Shown here: one piece after another, positions 54,614 through 64,000 of the stretch
Layout of the letters: each line of letters begins with the position of its first letter
Numbering within the stretch: the first letter of the stretch is position 1
Assembly: GCF_009914755.1 (NCBI RefSeq)
Contig: NC_060937.1
Strand: one strand, 5' to 3'
DNA: 64,000 bases
DNA from: the human T2T-CHM13v2.0 reference genome, Homo sapiens
Translations under genes and position numbers: made by a program
The notes under the pieces: generated by a model
Told to the model about the DNA's origin: nothing
The model's input: the letters and a program-made list of their open reading frames with translations, nothing else
Database searches by the model: none

Positions 54614-55342
54614 CTGAATTTCTTTGAACAATACATCTTAATTAACTAGAATGAAAAGACCAAACCTAACCCAAAATTAGAAGAAAATAAATAATAAAGA
54701 TTAGAGCATAAGTAGATAAAGTTAAAATAATGAAAATAATGTAAAGAATTAATGAAAGACAAAGTTGATTTTTTGAAAAGTAAAACTATTGACAAATATT
54801 TAAACAGGGTAACTGAAAAACAGAAAAGATACAAATTAGTAAAATCAGAGGTGAAAAAGGAGACATTACAAGTAACGCTTCAGAAAAGCAAAGGATCATT
54901 AGTGAATACTATCTGCAATTTTATGCCAACAAATTAGAAAACCTAGACGAAATTCTTAGACACACACAACTTACCAAGTTTGAACTAGGAATAAATCTAA
55001 AACCTGAACAGACAAATAACAATTAACAAAATTAAAGCCTTAATAAAAAAGTCTGTTTAGACCAGACTGAAAACTAGAGAAGGAAAGAACATTTCCAAAC
55101 TCATTCTTTGAGGCTAGTATTACCCTGATATCAAAACCAGACAAAGACATATTAAAAAAAGCAAACTACAGGCCCATATCTGAGAATATTGGTGCAAAAA
55201 TTTGCAAAACACCTAGCAAAGTGAATTAAACAATACATAAATAGATAATTAATAATGACCAAGTGGGATTTATCCCAGGGATGCAAGGATAGTTCAACAT
55301 GCAAATCAATCAATGTGATACATCACATAAAGAGAATGAAGG

Positions 55343-55664
55343 GACCAGGCACAGTGGCTTACACCTGTAATCCCAGCAATTTGGGAAGCCAAGCTGGGTG
55401 GATCACCTGCAGTCAGGAGTGTGAAACCAGTCTGATCAACATGGCAAAGCCCCGTCTCTACTAAAATTACAAAAATTTGTCAGGCATGGTGGTGGGCACC
55501 TGTGATCCCAGATACTCAGGAGGCTGAAGAAGGAGAATCACTTGAACCCAGGAGGCAGAGTTTGCATTGAGCTGAGACCATGCCATTGCACTCCAGCCTG
55601 GGTGACAGAGGGAGACTTCATCTCAAAAAAAAACAAAAAAACAAAACAAAACAAAAAAAAAAAC
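55343..55664 (+). mobile_element. AluS
   Basis: CAGTGGCTTACACCTGTAATCCCAGC...GGAGAATCACTTGAACCC; A-rich tail. Confidence 0.9.
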
Positions 55665-56076
55665 AAGGACAAAATCCATATAATAAATTCAATTATACTA
55701 AAAAATTTTTGATAAAATTTAATATTCTTTAATAATAAAAAACCCTTTGAAAACTGGGTATGTAATGAACATACCTCAATATAATAAAAGTCATATATGA
55801 CAGACCCACATAATAAAAGTCTTATATGACAGACCCACAGCTAGTATCACACTAAGTGGGGAAAAACTAAAAGCCTTTCCTCTTAAATCTGGAAGATGAC
55901 AAGAATGTCCACTTTTACCACTGTTATTCAACATAATGCTGAAAGTCCTATCTGGAGCAATCAGACAGAAGAAAGCAATAAACCGCATCCCAACTGGAAA
56001 AGAAGTCAAATCACCTTTTTTTTTTTTTTTTTGCCAACGATATAATCTTATATTGGAAAAAGCATAAAGACTCCTC

Positions 56077-58400
56077 TGATAGGGTTTGAATGTGTGTCCC
56101 CTCCCAAATCTCATATTTAAATGTAATTCTCAATGTTGGAGATGGACCTGGTGAAAGGTGATTTAACTATTGGGGTGGATTACTGATAAATGGCTTAGCA
56201 CCATCCCATTTGGTGCTATCCTCCTGATAGTGAGTGAGTTCCCATAAGATCTGGTTATTTAAAACTGTGTAACAACTCGCCCTTCTGTTTTTTGCTCCTT
56301 CTTTTTGCCCTGTGATGTGCAAGATTCTGCTTCAACTTCTGCCATGACTGTAAACTTCCAGAGACCTCCCCAGAAGCATATTCCAGTGCTATGTCTTCTC
56401 TACAGCCTGTAGAATCATAAGCCACTTAAACCTGCTTTGTAAAAAATAAATTATACAGTCCCACTCTAATAGTGATGCAAAAATAGCTTAAGACAGAAAA
56501 TTGGCACCAAGGAATGGAAAATGGTTATAAGAATACCCCAAAATGTGGAATCAGCTTTGTAATTGGGTAAACAGGCAGAAGTTGGAACAGTTTGTAGGAT
56601 TCAGAAGACAGAAAAATGAGGGAAAGTTGAGATTTTCTTAGAGACTGGTTGAATGTCTGTGACCAAAATGCTGATAGTGATCTGGACAGTGAAGGCTGGG
56701 CTGAGGAGGTCTCAGATGAAAACTAGAAACTTATTGGGACTGAAAGAAAGGCCATGCATGTTGTCTTAGCAAAGTTGTTGGCTGAATTTCTGTCATGCCC
56801 TAGGGATATATAAAAGTTTGAATTTGAAATTGATGATTTAGGTTTTCTGTTGGAAAAATTTGTGATGTGGCCTGGCTGCTTCTAACAACCTATGCTCACA
56901 TGATCTAGCAAAAAAAAAAAAATAATAAAATAAGTAGTAACTTATACTTACAAAAGAAGCATAGTGTAAAACCTTGAAAATTAGCAGCCTAGTCGTGTGG
57001 CTGAAATATACAAAGCTTTTATAAGAGAGGAAATCAAGCAGGATATGGGTCAACAACTTGTTAGAGATATTTGTATAACCTAAAAAAAAGCAAGTGTTGA
57101 TAGCCAAGACAATGGGAAAGAGGAATTGAAGGCATTTTAGAAATCTAAAAGGCAGCCCCCCATCATAGGCCCTGAGGCCTAAAAGAAGAGAATAGTTTCT
57201 GGGATCAGGCCTAGGACCTGCTGCCTTGGGTAGCTTTGGAACAAGGCTCCCTGCATCCTGGCCACTGCTTCAGCTCCAGGTGTAGCTCAAGTTGACCCAG
57301 TTACAACTCCAGTCACTGCTTCAGAGGGTGCAAGCCATAACCTTGGTAGCTTCCATGTGGTGTTAGGCCTGTGGGTTTACCAAATGCAAGTAGTTGAGAC
57401 TTGGGAGCCTCCACCTTTATTTCAAATGATGTATGAAAAAGCCAGGGTATGCAGGCAGAAGCATGCTGCAGGGGTAAAGCCCTCATGGAGATCCTCTACT
57501 AAAACAATGGAGAAAAGAAATGTGGGATGACAGTCCCCAGGCAGGCTCCCCACAAGGTCATGGCCTAGTAGATCTGTGAGGAGAGGATCACTGTCCTCCA
57601 GGTAGAACCTTCCCAAAGCATTAGTGTGCCCTGGAAATGGGACACAGAGTCAAAAATAATTATTTTGGAGCCTTATAATTCAATAACTGCCCTTCTGGGT
57701 TTCAGAATTTCATGGGTCTTGTGGCCCCTTTCTTTTGGCTGATTTCTTCATTTTAGAATAGGAGTATTTACCCAATGCCTCTGCCTCATTTGTATCTTGG
57801 AAGAACCTCACTTGTTTTTTTTTTTTTTTATTTTACAGGCTTATAGGAGGAAGAAATTAGCCTTGTCTTAGATGAGACTTTTGACTTTTGAGTTAAGGCT
57901 GAAATCAGTTAAGACTTTGGGGATTATTGGGAAGTCATGATTGCATTTTGAAATATGAGAAGGATATGAAATTTGGAATGGCCAGGAGCAAAATGATACA
58001 GTTTGGATGTGTATTCCCACCAAAATCTTATATTGAAATATAATTCTCAATGTTGGAAGTGGGCCTAGAGGGGAGGTGATTGAATCATGAGGGCAAGATT
58101 TCCATGAACAGTTTGGCATCATTTCCTTTGGTGCCATTCCCACAATAGTAAGTTTTTATCAGAGCTGGTTATCTACAAGTGTGTGTCACACTTCCCACCT
58201 GCCCTCGCACTTACCATGTGATGTGCGAGCACCAGATTTATTTTTCGCCTTGTCAGTTGTCAGAGGCTTCCCCAGAAGCAGAAGCCAGTGCTATGCTTTC
58301 TGTATAGCGTGTAGAACCATGAACCAATTAAACCTATTTTCTTTATAAATTAACCAGTCACTAATTACTTTTTATAGCAATATGAGAATGGCCTAATACA
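56077..58400 (+). mobile_element. Complete MST MaLR provirus (LTR 56077-56495, internal, LTR 57994-58400)
   Basis: Two TGATA...TAA(G/T)ACA LTRs; internal start GAAAATTGGCACC; TSD TCCTC/TCCAC. Confidence 0.9.
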
Positions 58401-58744
58401 TCCACCAAAAACTATTAGAAGTAATAACTTGAGTAAATTTGCAGAATACAAATCAACATATACAAATCAGTAGGATTTCTATATGCCAACAGTCAACAAA
58501 CTGAAAAAGAATTCAAAAATGTAATACTATTTGCAGTAGCCACAAATAAAATGTGTGGGAATTTACCAAAGAAATAAAAGTTCTCAACAATTAAAACTGT
58601 AAAACACTGATAAAAGACATGAAAAAGGACCCCAAAATTGGAAAGATATGTTTATGTTCACAGATTGGAAGAATCAGTATTTTTAAAATGTCCATACAAT
58701 CCATAGCAATCTATACATTTCATGCCATCTCTATCAAAATAACA

Positions 58745-59040
58745 GGCCAGGGGCAATGGCTCATGCCTGTAATCCAAGCACTTTGGGAGGCCAAAGTTGG
58801 TGGATCATGAGGTCAAGAGCTCAAGATCAGCCTGGCCAACTTGGTGAAACCCCTCCTCTACTAAAAGTACAAAAAATTAGCCAGGCATGGTGGCAGGTGC
58901 CTGTAATCCCAGCTACTCAGGAGGCTGAGTCAAAGAATTGCTTGAACCCAGGTGGTGGAGGTTGCAGTGTGTCGAGGTCACATCACTGCACTCCAGTCTA
59001 GGTGACAGAGCAAGACGCCATCTAAAAAAAAAAAAGAAGA
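58745..59040 (+). mobile_element. AluS
   Basis: GGCCAGGGGCAATGGCTCATGCCTGTAATCC; A tail. Confidence 0.9.
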
Positions 59041-59355
59041 AGACATTCCTCACAGATATAGAAAAAAAATTCTGAAATTTATATGGAAACATCACACACC
59101 ATAATAGCCAAACTATGCTGAGTATATAAAACAAAACTGGAGGAATTCCATTACCTGGTTTTAAATTATACTACTAAGTTATAGTAATTAAAACAGCATG
59201 ACACTAGCATAAAAACAGACATAAAGAGAGATGGAACGAAATAGAGACCTTAGAAACAAACTCATACTGCTAAATCAATTTTCAACAAAAGTGTCAAGAA
59301 CATACAATAAAAAATAAGACAGTTTTTGTAATAAATAGGGCTGGGAAAACTGGCA

Positions 59356-59556
59356 TTCTGTATGAGGGACAAACATTCAGATCCTCACAGCAGTGTACTG
59401 GAATCCTATGTGAGGGACAAACATTCAGACCACAGCAGGAGTGTTCTGGAATCCCCTGTGAGGAACAAACATTCAGACCCTCGTAGCAGTGTTCTGGAAT
59501 CCTATGTGACAAACATTTAGAACCCAGCAGCGTTCTGGAATCCTATGGGAGGGACA
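59356..59556. repeat. CER (48-bp, D22Z3-type) satellite islet, ~4 units
   Basis: GAATCCTATGTGAGGGACAAACATTCAGACC..GCAGTGTTCTG units at 59401, 59449, 59497 and 59538. Confidence 0.88.
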
Positions 59557-59973
59557 GCTAAATTAATTTTCAACAAAAGTGCCAAGAACACACAATAAAA
59601 ATGAGACAGTTTTTGTAATAAATAGGGCTGGGAAAACTGGCAAGCCATTGGCAGAAGAATAAAACTAGAACCCTATTTCTTGCCACTTACAAAAATCAAA
59701 TTAAAATGAATTAAAGACTTAAACCTAATGCCTCAAACCATCAAACTTTTACAAGAAAGCATTGGGGAAACTCTTTAGGGCATTGGTTTGGGTAAAAATT
59801 CCTTAAATAATGCCCCAGAAGCACAGACAACCAAAACAAACATGGACAAATGGGATTACAGAAAGTCAGAAAGCCTTTTTGAAGTGAAGGAAACAAGAAA
59901 CAAGTGAAGAGAAAATCCACACAATGGGAGAAAATATTTTAAATTATCCATCTGAAAACAATTAATAGCTGCA

Positions 59974-60641
59974 TGATATGGTTAGGATTTGTGTCCCCAC
60001 CTAAATCTCATATTGAATTGTAATCCCCAGATGTTGAGGGAGAGACTTGGTAGAAGGCGATTGGATCATGGGGGTGGTTTCCCCCATGCTGTTCTTCTGA
60101 TAATGAGTGATTTCTCATGAGATCTGATGGTTTTATAAGGGACTCTTCCTCCTTTGCTTCACATACAGGCTCTCTCGCCTGCTGTCATGTAAGAGGTGCC
60201 TGCTTCCCCATCTGCCATTATTGTAAGTTTCCTGAGGCCTCCCCGGCCATGTGGAACTGTGAGTCAATTAAACCCATTTCCTTTATAAGTTACCCAGTCT
60301 TGCCAGGTGCGGTGGCTCATGCCTGTAATCTCACCACTTTAGGAGGCTGAGGCGGGTGGATCACGAGGTCAGGAGCTCAAGACCAGCCTGGCCAAGATGG
60401 TGAAACCCCGTCTCTACTAAAAATACAAAAATTAGCCAGGCATGGTGGCAGGTGCCTGTAATCCCAGCTACTCAGGAGGCTGAGGCAGAGAATTGCTTGA
60501 ATCAGGAGGGGAGGTTGCAGTGAGCCGAGATTGCACCACTGCACTTCAGCCTGGGCAACAGATCAAGACTTCATCTCAGTAAATAAATAGATAACACAGT
60601 CTCAGGTATTTTTAATAACAGTACAGAAAAAGACTAATACA
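59974..60641 (+). mobile_element. THE1 solo LTR with a nested AluS (60301-60590)
   Basis: TGATATGGTT..GTGTCCCCACC...GACTAATACA; TSD CTGCA/CTACA. Confidence 0.9.
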
Positions 60642-61682
60642 CTACAATATATTGAGTTCAAAAAATTCTATAGAAAAAAGTAATAACCCAAATAAAGAGT
60701 GGACAAAAAATTTAAATAGACATTTATGAAAAGAAGACATATAAATGTGAAACAGGCAAATGAAAAGGTGCTCCACATTACTGATCATCATAGAAATGCA
60801 AATCAAACCCAAAATGAGATATCATTTCACCCCAATTAAGGTGGCTTTTATCCAGAAGACAGTGAAAAAAAAAATGCTGGTGGGTATGTGGAGTGAAGGG
60901 AACCCTTGTACACTGCTGTTGGGAGCACATTTAAGGACAGTTTGGATGTTCCTGATATAACTAAAAATAGAGCTACTATATGTTCCAGCAATTCCACTGC
61001 TCAGTATATGCCTACAAGAAATAAAATTGGTTAATCAAAGACCTATTGGCACTCTCATGTTTGCTACAGCAGGGTTTATAATAGCCAAGATTTGGAAGGA
61101 ACCTAAATGTCCATCAACAGATGACTGGATAGAGAAAATATGGTACATATACACAATGGAGTACTATTCAGCTGTAAGAAAGAATGAGAGCCTGCCATTT
61201 GCAATAACATAAATGGAAATGAAAGTCTTTATGTTAAGTGAAATGTCAGGCACAGAAAGACAAATGTCACATGTTCTCACTTATTTGTGGGTGCTAAAAT
61301 TCAAAACAATTGGTGTCATAGAAAAAGAGAGTATAAGGATGGTTACCAGAGGCTGGCAAGGACAGGGAGGAAACAAGAGAATAGTGGGGATGCTAAATGG
61401 GTAAAAAAAAATTGTTAGAAAGAATGAATAAGACAGCATTTGATAGCACAACAGGGTGATTATAGTCAAAAATAATTCCACATGTAAAAAAACTAAAAGA
61501 GTATAATTGGATTGTTTATAACACAAGCTATAACTGCTTGTGGGGAGAGATACTCCGTTTTTTATTACGTATTACTCATTGCATGACTACATCAAAGTAT
61601 GTCATGTACCCCCATAAATATATACACCAACTATGCACCCACAAAAATAAATTAAAAATTGAAATTGAAATTAAAATTAAAA

Positions 61683-61822
61683 CCAAAGGGAGGAGAGTAT
61701 AATGAGGCATGTGTGACCCATGGCTTGAACTAGCTTTTCAGGTTAACTTTGGAATGTCCTTATCCAAGAAGAGAGGTCCATTTAGTCAACAGGGGTTTAG
61801 AAATTTATTTTTAGTTTATATA
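61683..61822 (-). mobile_element. MER4-group LTR fragment
   Basis: TTTCAGGTTAACTTTGGAATG...GGTCCATT..AGAAATTTATTTTTAGTTTA resembles the antisense MER4 5' end. Confidence 0.55.
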
Positions 61823-62142
61823 TGGAAAAAAGAAGGATTTTCAATCCTGAGCCATATTTCTCAGTCAATCAATCCCTGCAGGGAACCCTGTTCTTTACTC
61901 TGGAGATAAACACTAGTTTTCTTTTCTATGGAATAACACCACATTTCAAAATGAGGGGAAACATCTTGCAATTAAGTGGTACAGCCTTATTAAATTTGAT
62001 TTGGTTTCCATTGTAATTAATTTAATCACATGTGTTCTAGAGTTTGTCCTCAGTCTTCCCCTAGTTTAGGCCCATGATCTGTTGAATTTGCTCAGCTCCC
62101 TGCTCAACAGCAGGAAATCAGAATCATTTAAAATCATCATTG

Positions 62143-62470
62143 TGGCTGGGAGTGATGGCTCATGCCTGTAATCCCAGCAATTTGGGAGGCCAAGGTGGGC
62201 AGATCACTTGTTGTCAGGGGTTTGAGACCAGCCTGGCCGACAGTGAAACACCATCTCTACTAAAGATACAAATATTAGCTGGGTGTGGTGATTCACGCCT
62301 GTAATCCCGGCTACTTGGGAGACTGAGGCAGGAGAATTGCTTGAACCCGGGAGGGGCAGGTTTCAGTGAGCCAAGATGGTGCACTGAACTCCAGCCTGTT
62401 CAACAGAACAAGACTCTGTCTCAAAATAATAGTAATAATAATAATAATAATAATAAATAAGTAAAAATAA
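62143..62470 (+). mobile_element. AluS with (AAT)n tail
   Basis: GGCTGGGAGTGATGGCTCATGCCTGTAATCCCAGC. Confidence 0.9.
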
Positions 62471-62690
62471 AAATCTCATTGTGTTTCAAACAAAATTTCT
62501 TTTGAATATCAACTGTATCAACTTGCATATTAACTATAATCATTTTGTTTACTTTATATCCAATCTTGAGAAATCTTTGAGGACTAATTTCACTCTTTTC
62601 TGCCATTTTGGTAAACATACCAAATGCCATCAAACAAAATGCACAAAATTCCCTAGAAATACATTTTCTCCTTGAGGAGTAGACTTGTTG

Positions 62691-63255
62691 TGTTAGAGGA
62701 ACTCATGGTTACCTAGCTTCTAGTTTAATAAACATGACTAGAATATTCTATCTTAATATGAGTAGCTAGGTACTCACAAGGCATCTAGAAGGTTAATGTT
62801 CATGGTCTGAAAATAATCACATTTTTTAAATGGCCACAAATTACAATTGCAGAATATTTGTGGTCATACAAGACATCTTCCACAAAGCCTGAAAAAATGT
62901 ATAAATGTCCTAGGAGTGCAGAATTTTTTTGTAAGGATATTATTAATGAACTAGCTTAGGTCAATGGGTTAATGGTTATTGTTAAAACCAATAGCCCCGA
63001 CTTTAGTGACTACATCTGCACCTTCCAAGTTTAACTATAACACTTTCTCTTTATAGTTACTTATAAGTAGACACACTAACAAAAGACAATGCATTCCTGC
63101 TCTTGTTTTCTGAGGATGTCCAACTCTGTAATGGAGTAATTTCTAATAAACTTGCTTCTTTCACTGTGCTCTCTGACTCACCTCAAATTTTTGCCTGCAG
63201 AAAATCTAAGAATCCTACTTTGTGGTCTGTATCAGGACCCTCTTTTCCAGCAACA
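62691..63255 (+). mobile_element. MER4-group ERV1 LTR, probably followed by internal sequence
   Basis: TG..CA ends; AATAAACTTGCTT; U5 end GGTCTGTATCAGGACCCTCTTTTCCAGCAACA. Confidence 0.6.
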
Positions 63256-64000
63256 TCTTTCAGCAACACCATGAATGGACACCAAGACAAGACCCCCACT
63301 CCAAGGAAAACAATCCACACAAAATCAATCAGCTGACACCTGGCAAGTGGGCTGTCTTTTAGATTCGTGAAGCCATTCTGGTGGGCAAGAATGATTATCC
63401 ACTATTATCATACTCAGATTAGAGGCCAAGCCCACAGAGTTAGAGGCCCTGGGGAATATTGAGAAGAATGGATTTGGCTAAACAGATGTTTGCCACTTTC
63501 TCTTTTTGGACTGTCCACCTTGTGCTCTCTGTCCCTCACCTGAGTGCTCTACATCTTGTCACCTTTCTGCTCACCGCCTCTGTTTTGTAGTAGCCTGGAG
63601 GCTGCCCCAGGACAGAGGCCCCAAGCAGTTTAGCTTTTACTTTCCTCAGCGATACTCTGACTCTTAACTGAATGCCTGTTTAATTTGCCACTGGTCCAAG
63701 TGACACTGAAAAAAAGAATTGTCTTGGAACCTAGTATTTTTGTACCTTAATTATTCGAAAAGATCAGCAGTAACCTCGCCATCATTATGACTAGAAGTGG
63801 AAATGTGGTATTTAAGAGCTCTACATGATAAGATCAGACATGCCTGTTTAGTGACAGCCTCTTTTATGACAACCCTCTGCAAACAATTACCCTCAAGATT
63901 GAGAACATGAGACTTTTTCTTAACAGTTTTCTCTCATTTCTTAGCCATAACGCCATCTTTGATAAGCTGGTATAGGGCAGCTGGACTCTACTTTCTAAAC

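Noticed and set aside
62018-62028. DUX4 binding motif TAATTTAATCA
   Set aside because: A single 11-mer in AT-rich DNA is plausible by chance; no supporting cluster.

Overview
Primate (hominoid-type: AluY, L1PA3/L1PA4) repeat-dense DNA with hallmarks of a pericentromeric or acrocentric-type segmental duplication mosaic. I find no intact protein-coding gene; nearly all track ORFs are repeat or low-complexity artefacts. The core is a GC/CpG-rich island (~21.7-27.4 kb). In it, a homeobox-less DUX4c(DUX4L9)-type pseudogene plus D4Z4 spacer is fused to two inverted, Alu-free 5S rDNA repeat units: one has a full 5S pseudogene with an intact D-box, the other only a 19-nt 5S stub, and an LTR2 solo LTR lies in the spacer between the two 5S sequences. 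The right third is one old L1MA-type element stretched to ~22 kb by nested insertions. These include a full-length L1PA3-like copy with a ~390-bp 3' transduction and two nested TSD pairs, an MST provirus, THE1, Alus and a CER (48-bp) satellite islet inside an ~86-bp duplication. Many short tandem, inverted or templated duplications occur throughout. Family and subfamily names come from recalled consensus sequences, not from a search. I cannot support a new biological system; the best items are structural and evolutionary.
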